Below, piece by piece: positions 28,801 to 43,800 of a stretch of 57,412 nucleotides of DNA (position 1 is the first letter of the stretch; each line of letters opens with the position of its first letter). Under the pieces are notes generated by a model. That model made no database searches. It saw only the letters and a list, made by a program, of their open reading frames with translations, and was not told the DNA's origin. The DNA lies in the NCBI GenBank assembly GCA_965644265.1, contig OZ286466.1, positions 70,500,589 to 70,558,000 of the forward strand. Reading direction: 5' to 3'. Source of the DNA: Glycera tridactyla (taxonomy: Eukaryota). Made by a program: the position numbers and the translations under genes.

Positions 28801-31800
28801 CCATCAAAAGCCAGCATATTTGAAAAAAAAAAACGTATGAAAATCCCTAACCAGGTTTTGGCATGGTTAGACAGAGTTGTGTTGACATGTTTGGCATGTA
28901 TTCCTTGCATGATTCTTCGGCTTCGTCTCATCAGTGCACAGAGTAAGATGTTACAAAGTGGGTTTGTGTCACAGGGATCATATTTACCTATTGTAGTGCC
29001 ACAGGCCCTGTTCAGCACCCACTGATCAACATTTGGATGGTTTGTTTGAATTCTATCATACCAGTTAGGATCAATGTGCATGTAACACTTTCCATTGAAG
29101 TCAATGGCCAGGCACGACTGATTGGAAATACAGGCAGTCTGACATTGTTGAATATCAGGCGCAGATGGAACAACGATTCCGCCGAACGCTAGCTGATTCG
29201 GATAAGATTCCCATGAGACGGTACAATCTGAAATTGGATATATGGGTGTGATTGAATGGTTTTGCCATCCATGTATAGTTACATTGTGGAGTTGATTTAG
29301 TAATGCATAAGGTCTCTTCAACTCAAGCTGAATCTACTTGCGGAGGCTTCCCCCATTTTGGAAATACCTAGAGTAAGGGAAATCAGTTAACTCCTCCCTT
29401 ATGAGAAGGGTATGTCTTATTCTCTCTGTATCTTTGATCTATAACAAGCTACTATCATCCACTATCATCAACCGTAAACATGCCGATACTATTATCATTA
29501 ATTATCACCATCATCATTAATGTCATCATCATCGTTGGTATCATCATCATCTTCACGGTCCAAAATGACCCATGTGGTGTCAAGAGGACCTTAAACAATA
29601 CTCAATCAATGAATCATCTCCACGCTGATCATATATGTATCCTGTGTGTGCTATGTGTCCTGTCCTGTTTAGTACATTTTGTCCCACCTGTATTGTCGAA
29701 TGTGTCCTGTTTTCCATGTCTTGTATAGAATGTACCATTTCGTTCTACTGCTGATAATAACTAATCCACTTGAGCATGCAATACGACCTGAATGTCCATG
29801 CTATGTAGATGCAATTATCAAGTCAAATAAAACTCAAACTGAAGCTTCAAAGTAAGCATAATGCGAAATATGTATTACCTTCACAGTCTCGGTTCACCAC
29901 AAACTGGTCAACATTGGGGTGATTTGTTTGAATTCTGTCTTGCCAATTAGGATCCACATGCATGTAACACTTGCCATTGAAGTCAATGGCAAGGCATGAA
30001 CGATTGTTGAGACAAGCATTCTGACATTCCTGTACATTGGATGCTGATGGGACAACAATCCCACCAAATGCTAGCTGGGATGGGAAAAAATCCCATGTGA
30101 TTTTACAGCCTCCCGCTGAAATGGATTCCATCGAATCATGAAATGGATTAGTATCTGAGAAGCGTTTCATAGGTGATGGATATATCATTTTCTTTTGTTC
30201 ATTAAAATTGGCATGACCTTTCATCATATTGTAAATCGGTCCCCAGATTCTATATACATTTATATACAGGTATTCGCCTTAAATCTCAATGTACATTATT
30301 CTCAACGATTACTGTGATTTTGGATTTGTATCGAATTGTTATATCATAATTGTTTGTGTTAGCACTTGATACGACCTTTTAGGTCAAGTGTGATTATGTA
30401 TATATTTTTAACACAATAAAAAATTTCAAGTTCAAGTTCATTTGTCATATTGTGAGATTGATTTTTTTTCACATGTAATACATACATAAAATTGCCCTTA
30501 TAAAAGGACATCTCCGGATTGACGTATTATGCAAATACTGAGACCATACATCTGTTCAATAATTTTCTGACAACTTATAAATTTGAGTTAGTTGTGATGA
30601 TGACAATCATCGCTCGCCTAAGTTAGTTCATTGAACACTTGAAAGCTCATATTTAAATGAATCATATGCAAATGGAATCTGATTACCTTTGGAGCAGCCC
30701 TGAATTTATATGGCAATTTTTCGGAGAATTATAAGGAATGAAAATTATGATCAATTGTCCAAAAAAGTGCATACGGATCTTCTTTGGATGATGGATACCA
30801 ATTTCCTTGGTTATATATTGATGAGTTAAGACTTGTGGGATTCACCTGATGCATTTCGAGATGCAAAAATTAATTACCAATAATGCTAACCAGAATTTGA
30901 GAAGTATATCCGGATATGGAAGGGAAAGACACACCCTCAATATGACTAAAATTACCTTTGATATTTTAAGGTCACCTGTGGTAGTTGAAATTACGTTTCA
31001 CCGAAATTAATTATGATTTCACATTTGTACCTGGGGCTACATATGAATCATCTGGAGAGGAAAGACTGTTTTACCGGTCCACCACTTTCCATGCTGATAG
31101 AAGCGGAAATATGGGTTAATTCTTGGAAAAAAGCTATGGTTTGAAGCTGTAGGGTTAGATAAAGAAAGCTTTGAGCATGATAATTACCTATTGTGGTTCC
31201 ACAGGCTCGGTTTGGCACCCATTGATCAACATTAGGATGGTTAGTTTGAATTCTGTCTGACCAGTTAGGATCAACATGCATGTAACATTTTCCATTGAAA
31301 TCAATGGCAAGACACGATCGATTGTTTAGGCAAGCATTTTTACATTCCTCGACTGTAGGGGCACTAGGAACAACGATTCCACCGAAGGCAAGTTGATTAG
31401 GGAAAGATTCCCATGTAATACTACAATCAGGAGTTGCTGAAAATGAAGAGACATGTTTGAATTCCTTATGAATTTCGAAGGCGAACTTCGTTCCAGTATT
31501 GAAGCAGTTGTCACAAGATATGTTATCTGGGTATTGTTCATCGTAATTTATTCATTTCCAACTCATCACTATTGAATGCATTTTTGGCGGGTGCCCATTT
31601 TTCGAGGTGCCATCACATAACTATGATTGGATAACCAGCCATACCTCGAATGGTTGACATTCATGCATGTTCACCAGGGGATTTTCATGGAATTGAGAGC
31701 TGTGAATCTGTGGAGGCTTGTTTGTGATTCATTCTGGTTTGGCGGAGAACTGGTTTGCATTCCGGATATCCGGTGGTGTCATGTTTGTTTGCATTTATTG

Positions 31801-34800
31801 AAAGTCAGAGCAACTGTGGCTGATCGAGTGATTTGAAATGGTTTGTAATAATGCGCATGCGGTATTCTTGTTTGTATAATGATTTACAATCACAGATCTC
31901 TAGCAACATGCTCATTGAAAATACCCCATGTGACAGTTTATACTGGTGTAGTGCATGATGTTGAACAAGAAAAGGTAAGAATTACCTATTGTGGTGCCAC
32001 AGGCTCTGTTCAGTACCCATTGGTCTACATTTGGATGGTTGGTCTGGATGTTGTCAGACCAGTTAGGATCCAGATGCAAGTAACACTTGCCATTAAAGTC
32101 AATGGCTAGACATGACTGGTCATCGAGACAGGCCTTTTTACACTCCTCAGCGTTGGATGCTGATGGAACAACGATTCCACCAAAGGCTAGCTGGTTTGGG
32201 AAAGATTCCCATGAGATGCTACAGTCTGAAATTGAATGAGTATGAAATACAAGATGTATCCATAAAAAGATGGTTTGGATTTTGGAAGATGAGGACATGA
32301 CCAGAATACATGGTACAAACTTCAGAATGGTGGATGATTAGAAAATATATTCCGTGGAAATCTGGGCAGGATTACAAAACCTATCGTATTCTATTAGTTT
32401 TTTACTTCCACCCAAGTTATAGTTTTTGAGAGTATGTGACACATATTGTGATAAAAAGGTGAATTACCATCTGCACAGTTTTTTTCCAGCACCCATTGGT
32501 CAACCTCAGGATGATTCGTTTGGATTCTGTCTGGCCAGTTAGGATCCACATGCATGTAACACTTGCCATTGAAGTCAATAGCTAGGCATGACTGATTATT
32601 CAGACATTCATTCTGACATTCCTGTACATTGGATGCTGATGGGACAACAATCCCACCAAATGCTAGCTGTGATGGGAAGAAATTCCATGTAATGCTGCAG
32701 CCACCAGCTGAAATGAATAAGCATGGGTTCATCAATTGCGGAGATATATACATGTGTGGGTTTGCGACTTTACCCGGAGATTCTTATGTCATAATATCTT
32801 GCTTGAGTATAGTTGACACGGTAATGAATCAGGGCCGAATGCCTTAGATTGAACCGATTTCATATGCGAAATCGTCTACATTTCTGAAATCATGTGACAA
32901 TGCGAAAAATAAACTCTTTACCGCTATTGTATCATGCTATATCATTTCCAGCAAATGTCATGCCATCCACCAGCTATTTTGTTTCATATTGTCTGTTGTG
33001 TGCATCATGAACTGCAGAAATGATGTGATTGTATCATCAGTCAGAGATTATTCTCCCAAATTGAAATCCTGCATTGCTGAGTGATTTGAGTGTACATAAT
33101 TGAAGAAGACTGCATTTGAGGGTTTGTTTTAGCCAGAAAAGGGTTCGCACTGAGTAGGATATTTACCTATTGTGGTTCCACAAGCTCGGTTCGGCACCCA
33201 TTGATCAACATTAGGATGGTTAGTTTGAATTCTGTCTGACCAGTTAGGATCAACATGCATGTAACATTTTCCATTGAAATCAATGGCAAGACACGATCGA
33301 TTGTTCAGGCAAGCATTTTTACATTCTTCGACTGTAGGGGCACTAGGAACAACGATTCCACCGAAGGCCAGTTGATTAGGGAAAGATTCCCATGTGATAC
33401 TACAATCAGGAGTTGCTGAAAATGAAGAGACATGTTTGAATTGCGCATGGTTTTCAAAGGTGAACTTGGTTCAGTATTTATGCAGTTGTCACGAGATATG
33501 TTTCCTAGGTATTGTTCATTGTATTTTATTCATTTCCGACTATTTCTGACTCATCACAATGGGATGCAATTTTGGTGAGTGCCCATTTTTTTTGAGGTGT
33601 CATCACATCGCTATGATTGGATGACCAGCCATACCTCGAATGGTTGACATTCATGCATGTTTACCAGAGGATTTTCAGCGAGTTGAGAGCTGTGAATCTG
33701 TGGAGGCTTGTTTGTGATTCCTTTTGGTTTTGCGGAGAACTGGTTTGCATTCCAGATATCCGGTGGTGTCATGTTTGTTTGCATTTGTTGAAAGTCAGAG
33801 CTACTTTAGCTGATCGAGTGATTTGAAATGGTTTGTGATATAGCACATGCGGTATTCTTGTTTGTATCATGATTTACAATCACAGATCTCTAGCAACATG
33901 CTCATTGAAATAACCCCATGTGACAGTTTATACTGGTGTAGTGTATGATGTTGAACAAGAAAAGGTAAGAATTACCTATTGTGGTGCCACAGGCTCTGTT
34001 CAGTACCCATTGGTCTACATTTGGATGGTTGGTCTGGATGTTGTCAGACCAGTTAGGATCCAGATGCAAGTAACACTTGCCATTAAAGTCAATGGCTAGA
34101 CATGACTGGTCATCGAGACAGGCCTTTTTACACTCCTCAGCGTTGGATGCTGATGGAACAACGATTCCACCAAAGGCTAGCTGGTTTGGGAAAGATTCCC
34201 ATGAGATGCTACAGTCTGAAATTGAATGAGTATGAAATACAAGATGTATCCATAAAAAGATGGTTTGGATTTTGGAAGATGAGGACATGACCTGAATACA
34301 TTGTACAAACTTCAGAATGGTGGATGATTAGAAAATATATTCCGTGGAAATCTGGGCAGGATCACAAAACCCATCGTATTCTATTAGTTTTTTTACTTCC
34401 ACCCAAGTTTTAGTTTTTGAGAGTATGTGACACATATTGTGATAAAAAGGTGAATTACCATCTGCACAGTTTTTTTCCAGCACCCATTGGTCAACCTCAG
34501 GATGATTCGTTTGGATTCTGTCTGGCCAGTTAGGATCCACATGCATGTAACACTTGCCATTGAAGTCAATAGCTAGGCATGACTGATTATTCAGACATTC
34601 ATTCTGACATTCCTGTACATTGGATGCTGATGGGACAACAATCCCACCAAATGCTAGCTGTGATGGGAAGAAATTCCATGTAATGCTGCAGCCACCAGCT
34701 GAAATGAATAAGCATGGGTTCATCAATTGCGGAGATATATACATGTGTGGGTTTGCGACTTTACCCGGAGATTCTTATGTCATAATATCTTGCGTGAGTA

Positions 34801-37800
34801 TATTTGACACAGGTATCAATCAGGGACAAAAGCCGTAGATTGAACCGATTTCATATGCGAAATGGTCTACATTTCTGAAATCATGTGACAATGCAATAAA
34901 TAAACTCTTTACCACTATTGTATGATGCTCTAACATTTCCAGCAAACGTTATGCCATCCATCAGCTATTTTGTTTCATATTGTCTGTTGTGTGCATCATG
35001 GCCAGCAGAAATGATGTGAATGTATCATCAGTCAGAGATTATTCTCCCAAATTGAAATCCTGCATTGCTGAGTGATTTGAGTATACATAATCGAAGAAGA
35101 CTGCATTTGAGGGTTTGTTTCAGCCAGAAAAGGGTTTGCACTGAGCAGGATAATTACCTATTGTGGTTCCACAGGCTCGGTTCGGCACCCATTGATCAAC
35201 ATTAGGATGGTTAGTTTGAATTCTGTCTGACCAGTTAGGATCAACATGCATGTAACATTTTCCATTGAAATCAATGGCAAGACACGATCGATTGTTTAGG
35301 CAAGCATTTTTACATTCTTCGACTGTAGGGGCACTAGGAACAACGATTCCACCGAAGGCAAGTTGATTAGGGAAAGATTCCCATGTGATACTACAATCAG
35401 GAGTTGCTGAAAATGAAGAGACATGTTTGAATTCCTTATGAATTTCGAAGGCTTACTTCGTTCCAGTATTGAAGCAGTTGTCACAAGATATGTTATCTAG
35501 GTATTGTTCATTGTAATTTATTTATTTTCAACTCATCACTATTGGATGCAATTTTGGCGGGTGCCCATTTTTCGAGGTGCCATCACATAACTATGATTGG
35601 ATAACCAGCCATACCTCGGATGGTTGACATTCATGCATGTTCACCAGGGGATTTTCATTGAATTGAGAGCTGTGAATCTGTGGAGGCTTGTTTGTGATTC
35701 ATTTTGGTTTGGTGGAGAACTGGTTTGCAGTCCGGATATCCGGTGGTGTCATGTTTGTTTGCATTTATTGAAAGTCAGAGCTACTTCAGCACATCAAGTG
35801 ATTTGGAAGGGTTCGTAATAATGCGCATGCGGTATTCTTGTTTGTATCATGATTTACAATCACAGATCTCTAGCAACATGCTCATTGAAATTACCCCATG
35901 TGACAGTTTATACTGGTGTAGTGCATGATGTTGAACAAGAAAAGGTAAGAATTACCTATTGTGGTGCCACAGGCTCTGTGCAGTACCCATTGGTCTACAT
36001 TTGGATGGTTGGTCTGGATGTTGTCAGACCAGTTAGGATCCAGATGCAAGTAACACTTGCCATTAAAGTCAATGGCTAGACAAGACTGGTCATCGAGACA
36101 GGCCTTTTTACACTCCTCAGCGTTGGATGCTGATGGAACAACGATTCCACCAAAGGCTAGCTGGTTTGGGAAAGATTCCCATGAGATGCTACAGTCTGAA
36201 ATTGAATGAGTATGAAATACAAGATGTTTCCAGAAACAGATGGTTTGGATTTTGGAAGATGAGGACATGACCTGAATAGATTGTACAAACTTCAGAATGG
36301 TGGATGATTAGAAAATATATTCCGTGGAAATCTGGGCAGGATCACAAAACCCATCGTATTCTATTAGTTTTTTTACTTCCACCCAAGTTTTAGTTTTTGA
36401 GAGTATGTGACACATATTGTGATAAAAAGGTGAATTACCATCTGCACAGTTTTTTTCCAGCACCCATTGGTCAACCTCAGGATGATTCGTTTGGATTCTG
36501 TCTGGCCAGTTAGGATCCACATGCATGTAACACTTGCCATTGAAGTCAATAGCTAGGCATGACTGATTATTCAGACATTCATTCTGACATTCCTGTACAT
36601 TGGATGCTGATGGGACAACAATCCCACCAAATGCTAGCTGTGATGGGAAGAAATTCCATGTAATGCTGCAGCCACCAGCTGAAATGAATAAGCATGGGTT
36701 CATCAATTGAGGAGATATATACATGTGTGGGTTTGCAACTTTACCCGGAGATTCTTATGTCGTAATGTCTTGCGTGAGTATAGTTGACACAGTTATGAAT
36801 CAGGGCCAAATGCCTTAGATTGAACCGATTTCATATGCGAAATCGTCTACATTTCTGAAATCATGTGACAATGCAATAAATAAACTCTTCACCACTATTG
36901 TATCATGCTATATCATTTCCAGGAAACGTTATGCCATCCACCAGCTATTTTGTTTCATATTGTCTGTTGTGTGCATCATGGCCAGCAGAAATGATGTGAT
37001 TGTATCATCAGTCAGAGATTATTCTCCCAAATTGAAATCCTGCATTGCTGAGTGATTTGAGTGTACATAATTGAAGAAGACTGCATTTGAGGGTTTGTTT
37101 CAGCAAGAAAAGGGGCTGCACTGAGCAGGATAATTACCTATTGTGGTTCCACAGGCTCGGTTCGGCACCCATTGATCAACATTAGGATGGTTAGTTTGAA
37201 TTCTGTCTGACCAGTTAGGATCAACATGCATGTAACATTTTCCATTGAAATCGATGGCAAGACACGATCGATTGTTCAGGCAAGCATTTTTACATTCTTC
37301 GACTGTGGGGGCACTAGGAACAACGATTCCACCGAAGGCTAGTTGATTAGGGAAAGATTCCCATGTGATACTACAATCAGGAGTTGCTGAAAATGAAGAG
37401 ACATGTTTGAATTCCTCATGGTTTTCGAAAATGAACTTGGTTCAGTATTGATGCAGTTGTCACGAGATATGTTTCCTAGGTATTGTTCATTGTATTTTAT
37501 TCATTTCCGACTATTTCTGACTCATCACAATGGGATGCAATTTTGGTGAGTGCCCATTATTTTTGAGGTGTCATCACATCGCTATGATTGGATGACCAGC
37601 CATACCTCGAATGGTTGACATTCATGCATGTTTACCAGGGGACTGTCATGGCATTGAGAGCTGTGAATCTGTGGAGGCTTGTTTGTGATTCCTTTTGGTT
37701 TGGCAGGGAACTGCTTTGAATTCCAGATATCCGGTGGTTTATTTTTGTTTGCATTTATTGAAAGTCAGGTTTTCCTCAGCAGATTGAGTGATTTGAAAGG

Positions 37801-40800
37801 GTTCTTAATAATGCGCATGCGGTATTCTTGTCTGTATCATGATTTACAATCACAGATCTCTAGCAACATGCTCATTGAAATCACCCCATGTGACAGTTTA
37901 TGCTGGTGTAGTGCACGATGTTGGACATGAAATGGTAAGAATTACCTATTGTGGTGCCACAGGCTCTGTTCAGTACCCATTGGTCTACATTTGGATGGTT
38001 GGTCTGGATGTTGTCAGACCAGTTAGGATCCAGATGCAAGTAACACTTGCCATTAAAGTCAATGGCTAGACAAGACTGGTCATCGAGACAGGCCTTTTTA
38101 CACTCCTCAGCGTTGGATGCTGATGGAACAACGATTCCACCAAATGCTAGCTGGTTTGGGAAAGATTCCCATGAGATGCTACAGTCTGAAATTGAATGAG
38201 TTTGAAATACAAGATGTATCCATAAAAAGATAGTTTGGATTTTGGAAGATGAGGACATGACCTGAATACATGGTACAAACTTCAGAATGATGGATAATTA
38301 GAGAATATATTCCGTGGAAATCTGGACAGGAGGATTACAAAACCCATTGTATTCTATCAGTTCTATACTTTCACCCAAGTTTTAGTTTTTGGAGTATGTG
38401 ACACATATTGTGATAAAAAGGTGAATTACCATCTGCACAGTTTTTTTCCAGCACCCATTGGTCAACCTCAGGATGATTCGTTTGGATTCTGTCTGGCCAG
38501 TTAGGATCCACATGCATGTAACACTTGCCATTGAAGTCAATAGCTAGGCAGGACTGATTATTCAGACATTCATTCTGACATTCCTGTACATTGGATGCTG
38601 ATGGGACAACAATCCCATCAAATGCTAGCTGTGATGGGAAGAAATTCCATGTAATGCTGCAGCCACCAGCTGAAATAAATAAGCATGGGTTCATCAATTG
38701 CGGAGATATATACATGTGTAGGTTTGTGACTTTACCCGGAGATTGTTATGTCGTAATATCTTGCGTGAGTATATTTGACACAGGTATTAATCAGGGCCAA
38801 ATGCCTTAGATTGAACCGATTTCATATGCGAAATCGTCTATATTTCTGAAATCATCTGACAATGCAATAGATAAACTCTTTACCACTATTGTATGATGCT
38901 ATATCATTTCCAGCAAACGTTATGCCATCCATCAGCTATTTTGTTTCATATTGTCTGTTGTGTGCATCATGGCCAGCAGAAATGATGTGAATGTATCATC
39001 AGTCAGAGATTATTCTCCCAAATTGAAATCCTGCATTGCTGAGTGATTTGAGTATACATAATCGAAGAAGACTGCATTTGAGGGTTTGTTTCAGCCAGAA
39101 AAGGGTTTGCACTGAGCAGGATAATTACCTATTGTGGTTCCACAGGCTCGGTTCGGCACCCATTGATCAACATTAGGATGGTTAGTTTGAATTCTGTCTG
39201 ACCAGTTAGGATCAACATGCATGTAACATTTTCCATTGAAATCAATGGCAAGACACGATCGATTGTTTAGGCAAGCATTTTTACATTCTTCGACTGTAGG
39301 GGCACTGGGAACAACGATTCCACCGAAGGCAAGTTGATTAGGGAAAGATTCCCATGTGATACTACAATCAGGAGTTGCTGAAAATGAAGAGACATGTTTG
39401 AATTCCTTATGAATTTCGAAGGCTTACTTCGTTCCAGTATTGAAGCAGTTGTCACAAGATATGTTATCTAGGTATTGTTCATTGTAATTTATTTATTTTC
39501 AACTCATCACTATTGGATGCAATTTTGGCGGGTGCCCATTTTTCGAGGTGCCATCACATAACTATGATTGGATAACCAGCCATACCTCGGATGGTTGACA
39601 TTCATGCATGTTCACCAGGGGATTTTCATTGAATTGAGAGCTGTGAATCTGTGGAGGCTTGTTTGTGATTCATTTTGGTTTGGTGGAGAACTGGTTTGCA
39701 GTCCGGATATCCGGTGGTGTCATGTTTGTTTGCATTTATTGAAAGTCAGAGCTACTTCAGCACATCAAGTGATTTGGAAGGGTTCGTAATAATGCGCATG
39801 CGGTATTCTTGTTTGTATCATGATTTACAATCACAGATCTCTAGCAACATGCTCATTGAAATTACCCCATGTGACAGTTTATACTGGTGTAGTGCATGAT
39901 GTTGAACAAGAAAAGGTAAGAATTACCTATTGTGGTGCCACAGGCTCTGTTCAGTACCCATTGGTCTACATTTGGATGGTTGGTCTGGATGTTGTCAGAC
40001 CAGTTAGGATCCAGATGCAAGTAACACTTGCCATTAAAGTCAATGGCTAGACAAGACTGGTCATCGAGACAGGCCTTTTTACACTCCTCAGCGTTGGATG
40101 CTGATGGAACAACGATTCCACCAAAGGCTAGCTGGTTTGGGAAAGATTCCCATGAGATGCTACAGTCTGAAATTGAATGAGTTTGAAATACAAGATGTTT
40201 CCATAAACAGATGGTTTGGATTTTGGAAGATGAGGACATGACCTGAATACATGGTACAAACTTCAGAATGGTGGATGATTAGAAAATATATACCGTGGAA
40301 ATCTGGGCAGGATTACAAAACCCATCGTATTCTGTTAGTTTTTTACTTCCACCCGAGTTTTAGTTTTTGAGAGTATGTGACACACATTGTGATGAAAAGG
40401 TGAATTACCATCTGCACAGTTCTTTTCCAGCACCCATTGGTCAACCTCAGGATGATTCGTTTGGATTCTGTCTGGCCAGTTAGGATCCACATGCATGTAA
40501 CACTTGCCATTGAAGTCAATAGCTAGGCATGACTGATTATTCAGACATTCATTCTGACATTCCTGTACATTGGATGCTGATGGGACAACAATCCCACCAA
40601 ATGCTAGCTGTGATGGGAAGAAATTCCATGTAATGCTGCAGCCACCAGCTGAAATGAATAAGCATGGGTTCATCAATTGAGGAGATATATACATGTGTGG
40701 GTTTGCAACTTTACCCGGAGATTCTTATGTCGTAATGTCTTGCGTGAGTATTGTTGACACAGTTATGAATCAGGGCCAAATGCCTTAGATTGAACCGATT

Positions 40801-43800
40801 TCATATGCGAAATCGTCTACATTTCTGAAATCATGTGACAATGCAATAAATAAACTCTTCACCACTATTGTATCATGCTATCTCATTTCCAGGAAACGTT
40901 ATGCCATCCACCAGCTATTTTGTTTCATATTGTCTGTTGTGTGCATCATGGCCAGCAGAAATGATGTGATTGTATCATCAGTCAGAGATTATTCTCCCAA
41001 ATTGAAATCCTGCATTGCTGAGTGATTTGAGTGTACATAATTGAAGAAGACTGCATTTGAGGGTTTGTTTCAGCCAGAAAAGGGGCTGCACTGAGCAGGA
41101 TAATTACCTATTGTGGTTCCACAGGCTCGGTTCGGCACCCATTGATCAACATTAGGATGGTTAGTTTGAATTCTGTCTGACCAGTTAGGATCAACATGCA
41201 TGTAACATTTTCCATTGAAATCGATGGCAAGACACGATCGATTGTTCAGGCAAGCATTTTTACATTCTTCGACTGTGGGGGCACTAGGAACAACGATTCC
41301 ACCGAAGGCTAGTTGATTAGGGAAAGATTCCCATGTGATACTACAATCAGGAGTTGCTGAAAATGAAGAGACATGTTTGAATTCCTCATGGTTTTCGAAA
41401 ATGAACTTGGTTCAGTATTGATGCAGTTGTCACGAGATATATTTCCTAGGTATTGTTCATTGTATTTTATTCATTTCCGACTATTTCTGACTCATCACAA
41501 TGGGATGCAATTTTGGTGAGTGCCCATTATTTTTGAGGTGTCATCACATCGCTATGATTGGATGACCAGCCATACCTCGAATGGTTGACATTCATGCATG
41601 TTTACCAGGGGACTGTCATGGCATTGAGAGCTGTGAATCTGTGGAGGCTTGTTTGTGATTCATTTTGGTTTGGCAGGGAACTGCTTTGAATTCCAGATAT
41701 CCGGTGGTTTATTTTTGTTTGCATTTATTGAAAGTCAGGTTTTCCTCAGCAGATTGAGTGATTTGAAAGGGTTCTTAATAATGCGCATGTGGTATTCTTG
41801 TCTGTATCATGATTTACAATCACAGATCTCTAGCAACATGCTCATTGAAATCACCCCATGTGACAGTTTATACTGGTGTAGTGCACGATGTTGGACATGA
41901 AATGGTAAGAATTACCTATTGTGGTGCCACAGGCTCTGTTCAGTACCCATTGGTCTACATTTGGATGGTTGGTCTGGATGTTGTCAGACCAGTTAGGATC
42001 CAGATGCAAGTAACACTTGCCATTAAAGTCAATGGCTAGACAAGACTGGTCATCGAGACAGGCCTTTTTACACTCCTCAGCGTTGGATGCTGATGGAACA
42101 ACGATTCCACCAAATGCTAGCTGGTTTGGGAAAGATTCCCATGAGATGCTACAGTCTGAAATTGAATGAGTTTGAAATACAAGATGTATCCATAAAAAGA
42201 TAGTTTGGATTTTGGAAGATGAGGACATGACCTGAATACATGGTACAAACTTCAGAATGATGGATAATTAGAGAATATATTCCGTGGAAATCTGGACAGG
42301 AGGATTACAAAACCCATTGTATTCTATCAGTTCTATACTTTCACCCAAGTTTTAGTTTTTGGAGTATGTGACACATATTGTGATAAAAAGGTGAATTACC
42401 ATCTGCACAGTTTTTTTCCAGCACCCATTGGTCAACCTCAGGATGATTCGTTTGGATTCTGTCTGGCCAGTTAGGATCCACATGCATGTAACACTTGCCA
42501 TTGAAGTCAATAGCTAGGCAGGACTGATTATTCAGACATTCATTCTGACATTCCTGTACATTGGATGCTGATGGGACAACAATCCCATCAAATGCTAGCT
42601 GTGATGGGAAGAAATTCCATGTAATGCTGCAGCCACCAGCTGAAATAAATAAGCATGGGTTCATCAATTGCGGAGATATATACATGTGTGGGTTTGTGAC
42701 TTTACCCGGAGATTGTTATGTCGTAATATCTTGCGTGAGTATATTTGACACAGGTATTAATCAGGGCCAAATGCCTTAGATTGAACCGATTTCATATGCG
42801 AAATCGTCTATATTTCTGAAATCATCTGACAATGCAATAGATAAACTCTTTACCACTATTGTATCATGCTATATCATTTCCAGGAAACGTTATGCCATCC
42901 ACCAGCTATTTTGTTTCATATTGTCTGTTGTGTGCATCATGGCCAGCAGAAATGATGTGATTGTATCATCAGTCAGAGATTATTCTCCCAAATTGAAATC
43001 CTGCATTGCTGAGTGATTTGAGTGTACATAATTGAAGAAGACTGCATTTGAGGGTTTGTTTTAGCCAGAAAAGGGTTCGCACTGAGCAGGATATTTACCT
43101 ATTGTGGTTCCACAGGCTCGGTTCGGCACCCATTGATCAACATTAGGATGGTTAGTTTGAATTCTGTCTGACCAGTTAGGATCAACATGCATGTAACATT
43201 TTCCATTGAAATCGATGGCAAGGCACGATCGATTGTTCAGGCAAGCATTTTTACATTCTTCGACTGTGGGGGCACTAGGAACAACGATTCCACCGAAGGC
43301 TAGTTGATTAGGGAAAGATTCCCATGTGATACTACAATCAGGAGTTGCTGAAAATGAAGAGACATGTTTGAATTCCTCATGGTTTTCGAAAATGAACTTG
43401 GTTCAGTATTGATGCAGTTGTCACGAGATATGTTTCCTAGGTATTGTTCATTGTATTTTATTCATTTCCGACTATTTCTGACTCATCACAATGGGATGCA
43501 ATTTTGGTGAGTGCCCATTATTTTTGAGGTGTCATAACATCGCTATGATTGGATGACCAGCCATACCTCCAATGGTTGACATTCATGCATGTTTACCAGA
43601 GGTTTTTCAGCGAGTTGAGAGCTGTGAATCTGTGGAGGCTTGTTTGTGATTCCTTTTGGTTTTGCGGAGAACTGGTTTGCATTCCAGATATCCGGTGGTG
43701 TCATGTTTGTTTGCATTTGTTGAAAGTCAGAGCTACTTTAGCTGATCGAGTGATTTGAAATGGTCTGTGATATAGCACATGCGGTATTCTTGTTTGTATC

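Noticed and set aside
31600-31860. Possible fourth, decayed exon in the B-to-C intron (conserved GAG|GTATGG donor-like site)
   Set aside because: All minus-strand frames hit stops in unit 1 and no frame is conserved across units
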